Assembly (NCBI GenBank): GCA_023250955.1
Contig: JAHEZQ010000022.1
Span: 4,958 to 68,957 of the forward strand
Source of the DNA: Melioribacter sp.
GTDB lineage: Bacteria; Bacteroidota; Ignavibacteria; Ignavibacteriales; Melioribacteraceae
DNA: 64,000 nt
Reading direction: 5' to 3'
Shown: in pieces, positions 26,701 to 34,767 of the stretch
Layout: every line of letters starts with the position of its first letter
Numbering within the stretch: the first letter of the stretch is position 1
Translations under genes and position numbers: made by a program
Notes under the pieces: generated by a model
The model's database searches: none
What the model was told of the DNA's origin: nothing
The model's input: the letters and a program-made list of their open reading frames with translations, nothing else

Positions 26701-27532
26701 AAAAAATAAAAATTCAAATATTGTTTTCATTTATAATCCGGATTCAACAAGAGAAAAATCCAATAATGATCTTAGAGCAATTGGTAATTTTTTATTAATG
26801 ACAGGAAGAATTAATAAGGAAAACAGCGGAATAATTTTGTTGAGAGATAATTGTAACTCAGCCGGACTTTTAGATATGGGAGTTAACCCGAATTACTTGC
26901 CCGGTTATGTTAAACAAGATGAATTAGACGAGATCGAGAGGATTGGAAATAAGTGGGGAGTAAACCTGAATTCAATATTTAAGAAGGTTGATCTTGAGAA
27001 CAAAATGGTCCGTGGAGAAATTAAAGCTGCACTAATTTTTGGAGAAGACCCTTTAACATCTAGTGTTCACAGAAAATTCCTTAGCAATTTAGAATTCTTA
27101 CTGGTAAGCGATTCATTTTATACAGATTCAGTTTATGAAGCTGATGTTGTCTTACCTGCGCGAACTTATATCGAACAAGATGGAACATATACAAGGTGTG
27201 ATCATACTTTGCAGAAAGTAAATAAATTTATTGATCACGGCGATATCACTAACTTGGAAATAATTGAGAAACTCGCTAGCCGCTTTGTCCAGGGCTTCAA
27301 ACATAAAACCACAGATGAAATTTTTGATGAAATAAAAAGTGTAAATAAATTTTACAGTACAATTGAAATTGGAAAATCTTGGATTGAAGACCTGACTGAT
27401 AATGATATTATGCAAAAGAAATTGAAATTCTCAATAACCAAATCAGACTTAACAACTTTTGAAGCGATCAAACCAGTAATTCATTTCCCGGAGAATTATT
27501 ATGTTTCAAATGTAAAAATGCAGTTGGTTTAG
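23777..27532 (+). CDS. 1251-aa fusion: NuoG-type [2Fe-2S] N-terminus + GltD/NfnB-like FAD/NAD(P)H module + 2x[4Fe-4S] + molybdopterin-oxidoreductase-like (NuoG C-terminal-like) domain
   Basis: TLCHD..SCYLCVV..PSCAT 2Fe-2S. HYADCIGPCKSNCPAG + VAIIGGGPAGLTCAYYL + VIVGGGNTAIDAART (GltD-like). CINCGKCVRTC and CIACGNCIDVCPTGAI. ICGFCSVGCKV (MopB-type 4Fe-4S), then about 550 aa of MopB-like sequence. No [FeFe]-hydrogenase H-cluster motif seen. Confidence 0.7.
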   Translation: MENVKVIINDKEIITTIDKTILEVVDENKIDKIPTLCHDKRLEHFTSCYLCVVEIEGMNKHVPSCATLVRDGMRIHTNSESVLSARKTALELLFSNHYADCIGPCKSNCPAGVDAQSYIALISVGNYKGAIKLVKENNPLPLSIGRVCVRDCETACRRNFVDEPVGCNYLKRYIADIDSSDKWIPELKPRKNKKVAIIGGGPAGLTCAYYLTLEGYSPTIFEKLPELGGMLRYGIPEYRLPKKVLDDEINWILDLGVEVRTGIELGKGVSIKELMDKGFESVFVGVGAHKASTMGLKGENEIEGVFDGIGFLREVENGNVPKLKGTVVIVGGGNTAIDAARTALRCGAEKVKIVYRRSIKEMPAHHEEIEAAQKEGIEILFLTNPKSIVEENKKLKGVECLKQKLEEAKPGERPQPVPIEGSEYIVECDFLIGAIGQKVDTAFVNLDKDCSLEKWGTITVNKKTLETSIPGVFAGGDAVTGPLTAISSIAQGKLAAQSIMSYLGLGTIMKSEKSFLSSKNRFGELSEREFSQIKKLAREKMAELNVTDRIHTFEEVDLGITEEQSLNETARCLECGCSEYYDCALRKYSEDFNLDISEYIGETKKYLVDNRHPFISLDPNKCINCGKCVRTCTEILKVSALGFVYRGFKSVVKPAMEKPLLDTNCIACGNCIDVCPTGAISEKFPFKVMGTLPKENHETICGFCSVGCKVNFKKINDDIFYVSNSTEEIIDTHNKGYLCVKGKFGHRYLMGKNRVSNAIIRKDDLVHEAGVDEAILYSEKKIKEIINKYGSDSVAVFASPNLSNEELYLLQKFTRVGLKNNNVSSFSNLFQNKELDALDESQRLTISTTTMDRLKYADVIIVINSNLSEENLVMELKIKDAQKGGTKLVVVNSSEIQLVRQSGLWIDSTKGTNTLLLDILMKKFIENGCTDQEFINSRTEMFNDLKKKLEMMNLDEAIELINIDYEKFQQLYDLTKNKNSNIVFIYNPDSTREKSNNDLRAIGNFLLMTGRINKENSGIILLRDNCNSAGLLDMGVNPNYLPGYVKQDELDEIERIGNKWGVNLNSIFKKVDLENKMVRGEIKAALIFGEDPLTSSVHRKFLSNLEFLLVSDSFYTDSVYEADVVLPARTYIEQDGTYTRCDHTLQKVNKFIDHGDITNLEIIEKLASRFVQGFKHKTTDEIFDEIKSVNKFYSTIEIGKSWIEDLTDNDIMQKKLKFSITKSDLTTFEAIKPVIHFPENYYVSNVKMQLV

Positions 27533-27535
27533 ATT

Positions 27536-29425
27536 ATGTTGAGAACAACTAGCTATAAATTGATTTACGAGCTATTTGATCATGTATTAATCTTTGATCG
27601 AAATAATGAAGTAGTATTCGAAGGTAATGCTTTTAAAAGATTATTAAATAGTACTGCTAAAAATATTAACAGTCTTCTCTCTGAGTCTCTTCAAGCTAAC
27701 TATAAATCCAAAACACTTTTTGAAACCATTGAGCAAGTCAAATCTGATTTAGAACCACACACAATTAAATTAAACGGAATTAAAGAAGAATATATTTTAT
27801 TTCCTCTTAATTTTGATTTAGATCCGCACATTCTCTTAACACCGAAAGATAAAGTTGTAGAGATAACAAGAATCGAACATGATCTAAAAGAAAGAGTAAA
27901 AGAATTACGTTGCCTTTATAATGTAAGCAAGGAGTTAGAAACTCCTCAATCAATTAATGAAGCTTTTGAAAAGTGTATTAAACATGTTCAAGCGGCTTTT
28001 CAAATTCCTAACGATGTTATAATCAACTTTGAAATTGGTAAAAAAATATTTGGCGATACTTCATGGAATCCCAAAACAATTAACTCAATTTATTTTTCCG
28101 ATATAAATGTTAATAATAAAAAACACGGTGAGATTAAAGTATTATTAAAAAGTAATGTCGGTTTTCTCGAAGAAGAACAGAGCATGATCAATGAAATCTC
28201 CGGTAAATTTGCGAGAGCTATTGAAGAATCGGAGAAGACAATAAATCTTGAAAAACAAAAAAAAATATTACTTGCCAAGAACGAAACCCTATTAAGGTTA
28301 ACAGAAGAATGTCATCAGAAACAAGAGAAGCTTCGCACCTTCTTCAGCGCAATATCAGATCGTATCGTTGTTATAGATCATGAATTCAACATTATTATGT
28401 CGAATAAAGATAACATTGGTGACTCAGGTAAATGCTACAATAAATTATTCGGACTAAATGAGCGATGTACTAATTGTCCTGCATTAAATACTTTTAAATC
28501 CGCGGAAAATTGTTCGTTAGAAAAAGATGAAGGTGATATTTATTATACGTTAAGATCATATCCAATCTTTGATCAGGACAGCAAAGTTGATAGAGTCTTA
28601 GAAGTTTGCAGAGATATAACTGTTCAGAAAAGAATGGAAGCCCAACTTTTACAATCGTATAAATTAGCATCACTAGGCAAACTAGTTGCCGGAGTAGCCC
28701 ATGAAATCAATAATCCGAATACGTTTATACTTGGCAACTTAAAAATCATACAAGAAGCATTGGATGATATTTTTCCGATACTTGATAATTATTATTCAAC
28801 TAAAAAAGATTTGAAAATTGCACGATTAGATTACGATGTTTTTAAGGATAACATTTCCACATTAATTACAGATATGATTAATGGTGCGAATAGGACAAAA
28901 AAAATAGTTGGTGATCTGAGAAACTTTGCCAAAAAAGATGATGGAACGCTGACTGATAATATTGATCTGAATTATATTATAAAAAATAATCTTACACTCA
29001 CAAGGAAACATGTAAAGAAATACGCTGAATTGGAAATGATTCTTGCTGAAAACTTGCCGGTGTTTAAAGGTAATATTAATAAGATTGAGCAAGTGATTCT
29101 AAATTTGGTAATGAATGCTTCTGAAGCAATTGAAAAAAGTGATGGTCTGATAGTAATCAAGACTGCTTATGATGAAAATAAAAAAGAAGTTTTGTTGACA
29201 ATAATGGATAACGGCTGCGGAATGAATGAAACAACAATAAAAAATATTTTCGATCCGTTTTTTACTACTAAAAGAAATAAAGGCGGAACTGGATTAGGAC
29301 TATCAATTACTTATGGAATAATTAAAGATCATAATGGATACATAAATGTAGATTCAAAAGTGGGAGTGGGGACCACATTTACAATTCATTTTCCAATAAA
29401 AATTTATGCGGGAAAAGATGAATAA
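27536..29425 (+). CDS. cytoplasmic sensor histidine kinase (PAS-containing)
   Basis: 629 aa, no obvious TM segment. H-box VAGVAHEINNPNTF, N box NLVMNASEA, G boxes DNGCGM / GTGLGLS. Cys-rich insert GKCYNKLFGLNERCTNCP...ENC. Confidence 0.85.
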   Translation: MLRTTSYKLIYELFDHVLIFDRNNEVVFEGNAFKRLLNSTAKNINSLLSESLQANYKSKTLFETIEQVKSDLEPHTIKLNGIKEEYILFPLNFDLDPHILLTPKDKVVEITRIEHDLKERVKELRCLYNVSKELETPQSINEAFEKCIKHVQAAFQIPNDVIINFEIGKKIFGDTSWNPKTINSIYFSDINVNNKKHGEIKVLLKSNVGFLEEEQSMINEISGKFARAIEESEKTINLEKQKKILLAKNETLLRLTEECHQKQEKLRTFFSAISDRIVVIDHEFNIIMSNKDNIGDSGKCYNKLFGLNERCTNCPALNTFKSAENCSLEKDEGDIYYTLRSYPIFDQDSKVDRVLEVCRDITVQKRMEAQLLQSYKLASLGKLVAGVAHEINNPNTFILGNLKIIQEALDDIFPILDNYYSTKKDLKIARLDYDVFKDNISTLITDMINGANRTKKIVGDLRNFAKKDDGTLTDNIDLNYIIKNNLTLTRKHVKKYAELEMILAENLPVFKGNINKIEQVILNLVMNASEAIEKSDGLIVIKTAYDENKKEVLLTIMDNGCGMNETTIKNIFDPFFTTKRNKGGTGLGLSITYGIIKDHNGYINVDSKVGVGTTFTIHFPIKIYAGKDE

Positions 29426-30788
29426 AATCTTAGTCGTTGATGATAATCAAGCAGTTCTTAATTTCTTAAATATTTTCTTGCTACAAACGGAAAAGTATCA
29501 TATAAAAACATTACAAGATAGTACACAAACATTTAATCTTTTAGATTCGGGGAAATATGATTTGTTACTATTAGATATGGATATGCCAAACGTAACTGGG
29601 CTGGATATTTTAAAACATATCACTGAAAATAAAATTAACATAACAACAATTGTGCTTACAGGCGTAGAAGATATTGATCTTGCTATTTCAGCAATGAAGT
29701 TAGGTACTTACGATTATATGCTTAAGCCAATTGAGGAAGAAAGATTAATCAAAACTATTGATTCTGCGCTTGAAAAGAGAAAATTTGAATTGAATGAAAG
29801 CAGCATAACGCAACGATTATCTTTAGATACACTAGCTTATAAAGATGTTTTTGAAAACATAATCACTAACGATGAAAAGATGGTTAAAATTTTTCATTAT
29901 GTTGAAAAATTTGCCATCACGGATAACAGCGTTTTAATTTGGGGAGAAAGCGGGTCCGGGAAAGAACTTATAGCGCAAGCAATTCATAAAATCAGTAACA
30001 GACGGAATAAAAAATTTGTTGCTGTTAATGCCGGTGCATTTGCTCAAGAATTATTCTCATCAGAATTTTTTGGTCATGAAAAGGGTGCTTTTACAGGCGC
30101 ATCATCTGATAAGATTGGTTTTATTGAAGATGCTAATGGCGGAACATTGTTTTTAGATGAAATAGGCGAGCTATCTCTACCCATCCAAGTAAAACTTCTT
30201 CGAGTACTGCAGGAAGAAGAGTTTTACCGTCTGGGTTCAATAAAAAATATCAAAGTTGATGTAAGGATTATTGCAGCGACTAGTAAAAATCTTTTTGAAG
30301 AAATTAAAAAAGGAAATTTTAGAAAGGATCTTTTTTTCAGATTGAATATTAATTCTATCAACCTACCTCCATTAAGAGAAAGAAAAGGTGATATCGAATT
30401 ATTGGCAGATTATTTTCTCAAAATGTTCAATGAGAAGTATAAAAAGAATGTAGAGAAAATCTCTTCGCAAGTATTAAATTGTTTTAAGGGCTATTCTTTC
30501 CCAGGTAATGTTCGTGAGCTGATGAATTTAATTAACAGCGCGATAATTGTTGAAAATTCAAACGAGCTGCATAAAAAATCACTTCCAAATTACTTTTTAG
30601 AAAACAACAATTCTTATAGTGAGTTGGACAGAGAAATTATACCACAATCTTTAGAAGAAATGGAAAAGAATCATATTAAAAATGTTTTAGAGTTTACAAA
30701 TAAGAATCGTTCTAAAGCGGCCGAGATATTACACATATCACGGGTAAATTTAATTTCGAAAATAAAAAAGTATAAAATCGAGAAATAA
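29406..30788 (+). CDS. sigma-54-dependent response regulator (NtrC family)
   Basis: 460 aa. REC domain, AAA+ GESGSGKE, GAFTGA motif (EKGAFTGA), C-terminal Fis-type HTH. The start may be the ATG at 29418. Confidence 0.9.
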   Translation: MREKMNKILVVDDNQAVLNFLNIFLLQTEKYHIKTLQDSTQTFNLLDSGKYDLLLLDMDMPNVTGLDILKHITENKINITTIVLTGVEDIDLAISAMKLGTYDYMLKPIEEERLIKTIDSALEKRKFELNESSITQRLSLDTLAYKDVFENIITNDEKMVKIFHYVEKFAITDNSVLIWGESGSGKELIAQAIHKISNRRNKKFVAVNAGAFAQELFSSEFFGHEKGAFTGASSDKIGFIEDANGGTLFLDEIGELSLPIQVKLLRVLQEEEFYRLGSIKNIKVDVRIIAATSKNLFEEIKKGNFRKDLFFRLNINSINLPPLRERKGDIELLADYFLKMFNEKYKKNVEKISSQVLNCFKGYSFPGNVRELMNLINSAIIVENSNELHKKSLPNYFLENNNSYSELDREIIPQSLEEMEKNHIKNVLEFTNKNRSKAAEILHISRVNLISKIKKYKIEK

Positions 30789-32090
30789 CTAATTAACTTG
30801 CTTAACATTCCACAAAAATAATTTTGTCTCCTTCCTTAATTCATAAATAAAAATTGCAATTACAGGAATGTATTCCAACATCAATACAATTGGATATTCT
30901 TCCCACAATCCATTTAGCTGATAATTTAAAACTGTAAACACAGTCAAGGAGCTTAATCCAACATAGAAAATTCCACTCCATTTTGGAAATACAGGCAGCA
31001 ACACAGCTAACCAAGCAATATACCACGGATGAACAACAGGGGAGAAAATCATAAGTAGTAATACCGAATAATAATATTTATGTAGCAAATCAAGTTTATT
31101 GAAGACAAATGGAAGGAAACAAATAACTAAAAGTATTCCGCAGATAATTCTTGCCGTTTGATTGTTTTGAATAAATGAATCAATAATGTTGAACACAATA
31201 CCGTTGAACATCCAATTCTTTGCGTAAACAAAAAATGCTTCAAATGGATTAGAAGAAAATATATAAGGTAAAAATTGAAAACCAAAAGCTATTAATGGAA
31301 TAAAAACAATTTTAATCTTGTCCGTAAATTTATTTTCGTAGAAGAAGAGGATCGGAAGGAAAAGAAGTCCTACAGGTTTTATCGAAAAAGATAATCCGAG
31401 AAAAATTAATGAGAGTATTTTTTTATTATCTACATAGAAAAATAATGCAAGAATTAAAAGAGGTAATCCAAAACCGTCAAGATGAGCATCAAGAGAGAAT
31501 TGAATTATCGGTAAAGGGCATAATGCATAAAGTAAAATATATTTATCGGGGAGATTCTTCTTCCTTATTAAAAGAAAAAGTGCTAATAAAGTTATCAATT
31601 CGGAAATGAGCAACAATAATTTATAGCCCCAGGCAGCTTCTCCGCTTAATGAGTAACCTGCATAGAACAACCATTGACTCAAAGGGAAATAAATTGTTTT
31701 TAGTTCAGGATTGTTGACAAACTTTGGAATAATCTCAGAATGAAGTTTTTGTAAGGCCGGATCATTCGGCAAATAAAGATAAGGGTTGATTCCGGCTGAT
31801 TGGACTTTCCCATCCCACATGTATCTGTAATAATCATCGGAACCAATTGGATTAACGGAAATAAAGCTCACTCGTAGTAAAATTCCAACAGCAACAAATC
31901 CAACCACATATCTAAAAGGGATTTCATTTTTTAGAATTAAATAACTGATAAAAATAAAAATTATAGAGGAAGATATATAAATGATTGAGTAAGTTATAAT
32001 TGGCCTGATATTAAGTATATGTATCAATAGAAAAAGGAAACACAATACTAATGCGGATAAGATTAACAAGACTTTGCTTTGTGATTTCAT
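30789..32090 (-). CDS. polytopic membrane protein, GT-C-type glycosyltransferase-like (DUF2029-like)
   Basis: 433 aa, more than 10 TM segments, periplasmic loop GSDDYYRYMWDG typical of GT-C mannosyl/arabinosyltransferase-like families. By-eye assignment. Confidence 0.5.
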   Translation of the reverse strand: MKSQSKVLLILSALVLCFLFLLIHILNIRPIITYSIIYISSSIIFIFISYLILKNEIPFRYVVGFVAVGILLRVSFISVNPIGSDDYYRYMWDGKVQSAGINPYLYLPNDPALQKLHSEIIPKFVNNPELKTIYFPLSQWLFYAGYSLSGEAAWGYKLLLLISELITLLALFLLIRKKNLPDKYILLYALCPLPIIQFSLDAHLDGFGLPLLILALFFYVDNKKILSLIFLGLSFSIKPVGLLFLPILFFYENKFTDKIKIVFIPLIAFGFQFLPYIFSSNPFEAFFVYAKNWMFNGIVFNIIDSFIQNNQTARIICGILLVICFLPFVFNKLDLLHKYYYSVLLLMIFSPVVHPWYIAWLAVLLPVFPKWSGIFYVGLSSLTVFTVLNYQLNGLWEEYPIVLMLEYIPVIAIFIYELRKETKLFLWNVKQVN

Positions 32091-32218
32091 TTGTAATGAA
32101 TGTTTTATTAGGATTAAAGATAAACAAAAGAAAATAAATCGGGGAAATGCATAGCTGTTTTTAATTAAATCATTATTTTGTTATAGGTTTTTGTCAACAC
32201 TATTTATATAAAACATAC

Positions 32219-33562
32219 ATGTTGAAAAAAGAATTGATCGCAGCGTTGATCCTCTTCATACTTTTTCAAGGTTGTTCATCAATGTTGATAAAAGAAAATA
32301 ATAGTTTCATAAAAGTTAAGAACACTCATTTAGAACTTAACGACAAACCATATTACTTTACCGGCACTAATTTTTGGTACGGGTGTTATCTCGGCTCACA
32401 AACGAATCCAGGAAACAGAGAAAGATTAATAAGAGAGTTGGATAATCTCCATTCAATTGGAATAACCAATTTAAGAATCTTAGCTTCCTCCGAAGATTCC
32501 TACATTCAGAAGTCTCTCAAACCAACAATTCAAAATGAACCTGATGTTTTTAACGATGATCTATTGGATGGATTAGATTTTCTAATTTCAGAAATGAAGA
32601 AACGAGACATGCACGCAGTGATTTTTCTAAATAATTATTGGGAATGGTCCGGTGGAATGGCTGTTTATAATAAGTGGTTTAATAATGGTAAGGTTATTGA
32701 TCCTTATGATACAACACAAGGTTGGACTGCATTCATGGATTACACAGCTTCTTTTTATAAGAATGAAAAAGCCAACGAATATTTCAGAAAGTACATTAAA
32801 AAAATTGTTACCAGAGAAAATTCATATACAAAACAACTCTATTTTGAAGATCCCACAATTATGGCTTGGGAATTAGCAAATGAACCGCGCGCGGGGAGTT
32901 TAGATAACGGTTTTAATAATCTTAATAATTATTATAAATGGATTGACGAAACAGCAAGGTATATTCATTCTATTGATCCCAATCATTTAGTCACAACCGG
33001 AAGCGAAGGAGTTATAGGAAGTTTACTTAAGGAAGATATTTTTCTGAAAGCGCATGAAAGTAATTATATAGATTATGCAACATTTCATCTTTGGGCAAAA
33101 AATTGGAATTGGTTCGATGCTAAAAAAAATGATGAAACTTATATGACAGCAGAAAAAAATGCGATTGAATATTTCAACCAGCACATGATTCTTTCACGTA
33201 AATTAAATAAGCCAATTGTTCTTGAAGAATTCGGGCTACCTCGCGATAATGAAAATTATAATTCCGGAACACCAACAATCGCTCGAGATAAATATTACGA
33301 AAAATTGTTATCTGTGGTTTATGATAGCGCTGCTGCCGGAGCTCCTATAGCCGGGACAAATTTTTGGGCATGGACCGGAGAGGGGCGCGGAAAGAATGAA
33401 GATAATTTTTGGCGCGTTGGAGATCCATTTACTGGCGATCCTCCTCACGAACCTCAAGGAATAAATTCTGTTTACGATACTGATTTTACAACAATTAATA
33501 TTTTAAAAAATCATGCTGCAAAAATGAATATTCTAAATGAAAAAAATTTTATTAATAAATAA
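32219..33562 (+). CDS. glycoside hydrolase family 5 (beta-mannanase-like) lipoprotein
   Basis: 447 aa. Lipobox LFQGCSS, acid/base WELANEPR, nucleophile VLEEFG. Confidence 0.8.
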   Translation: MLKKELIAALILFILFQGCSSMLIKENNSFIKVKNTHLELNDKPYYFTGTNFWYGCYLGSQTNPGNRERLIRELDNLHSIGITNLRILASSEDSYIQKSLKPTIQNEPDVFNDDLLDGLDFLISEMKKRDMHAVIFLNNYWEWSGGMAVYNKWFNNGKVIDPYDTTQGWTAFMDYTASFYKNEKANEYFRKYIKKIVTRENSYTKQLYFEDPTIMAWELANEPRAGSLDNGFNNLNNYYKWIDETARYIHSIDPNHLVTTGSEGVIGSLLKEDIFLKAHESNYIDYATFHLWAKNWNWFDAKKNDETYMTAEKNAIEYFNQHMILSRKLNKPIVLEEFGLPRDNENYNSGTPTIARDKYYEKLLSVVYDSAAAGAPIAGTNFWAWTGEGRGKNEDNFWRVGDPFTGDPPHEPQGINSVYDTDFTTINILKNHAAKMNILNEKNFINK

Positions 33563-33579
33563 AATGGCGAGGGATAATT

Positions 33580-34752
33580 ATGAAATCATTTTCAAAAACA
33601 TTTATGAAATATGCTTTAGTTAGTTTATTTCTATTAGTTAATATTACTTTAATCTCATGCAAGAATAAGGAGAAAAATGAGGCAATGGAAGTGAAGAAAG
33701 AATCCTTTGGCAAAACTGCTGATGGGCAGAATGTTGATATTTATACTTTGATAAATAAAAACGGCATGACTGTAAAAATCACAAACTACGGTGCAGCTGT
33801 GGTCTCTTTAACTGCTCCGGATCGAAACGGAAAATATGAGGATGTTGTTTTAGGGTATGAAAACATTGAGGGATATGAAGCAGACAAATCTTATTTCGGT
33901 GCGATAGTAGGCAGATATGGAAACAGAATCGGAAAAGGTAAATTCAAGCTGGATGGAAAAGAATATCAACTCTCTATCAACAACGGTGAAAATCATCTTC
34001 ATGGAGGAACAATCGGTTTTAACAAAAAAGTGTGGCAGGTTCTTGGTTATGATTATTTAATGGACGGTTCATTTATAACAATGAAATATATTAGTAAAGA
34101 TGGAGAAGAAGGATATCCCGGTACAGTTGAATTAACAGTTAGTTATAATCTCAATAATGAAAATGAACTTACAATTAATTATTCGGCATGGACGGACAAA
34201 AACACAATTCTAAATCCTACACATCATTCATACTTTAATTTAACTGGCGATCCGAACAAAACAATTCTTGATCATGAATTAATGATTGATGCTGATAAAT
34301 TTACTCCGGTTGATAAGGGATTAATTCCAACAGGTAAGTTCGCAGATGTAGCAAATACTCCGATGGATTTTCGTAAACCGACAAAGGTTGGCACACGTAT
34401 AAATGAAAACTATGAACAATTAAAATTAGGTATTGGCTATGATCATAATTGGGTTTTGAATAAACATCAAGAACTTCAACCTATGATTGCTACTGTATAT
34501 GAACCAATTTCCGGAAGATTTATGCAAGTATGGACTGATCAACCCGGTGTTCAATTCTATTGCGGTAATTTTCTAGATGGAAAAGTAAAAGGTAAGAATG
34601 GGGTTATGTATCAGTATAGAACCGGATTATGTTTGGAAACTCAGCATTTCCCTGATTCCCCGAACAAACCTGATTGGCCTTCTACAGTTTTGAAAGCAGG
34701 TAAAACTGAATCTTATAAACAAACTACGACTTATAAATTTTCGGCAAAATAA
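33580..34752 (+). CDS. galM: aldose 1-epimerase (galactose mutarotase), secreted/lipoprotein
   Basis: 390 aa. NHLHGG, NPTHHSYFNL and CLETQHFPD motifs. Signal peptide with ISCKN. Confidence 0.85.
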   Translation: MKSFSKTFMKYALVSLFLLVNITLISCKNKEKNEAMEVKKESFGKTADGQNVDIYTLINKNGMTVKITNYGAAVVSLTAPDRNGKYEDVVLGYENIEGYEADKSYFGAIVGRYGNRIGKGKFKLDGKEYQLSINNGENHLHGGTIGFNKKVWQVLGYDYLMDGSFITMKYISKDGEEGYPGTVELTVSYNLNNENELTINYSAWTDKNTILNPTHHSYFNLTGDPNKTILDHELMIDADKFTPVDKGLIPTGKFADVANTPMDFRKPTKVGTRINENYEQLKLGIGYDHNWVLNKHQELQPMIATVYEPISGRFMQVWTDQPGVQFYCGNFLDGKVKGKNGVMYQYRTGLCLETQHFPDSPNKPDWPSTVLKAGKTESYKQTTTYKFSAK

Positions 34753-34767
34753 TTTGATGGAGGAATA

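Noticed and set aside
23777-27532. Calling the 1251-aa protein a formate dehydrogenase or [FeFe] hydrogenase catalytic subunit
   Set aside because: I see no H-cluster motif, and cannot see a convincing Mo-ligand Cys/Sec context or a C-terminal MGD-binding domain by eye. I kept a neutral NuoG/GltD-fusion call pending profile searches.
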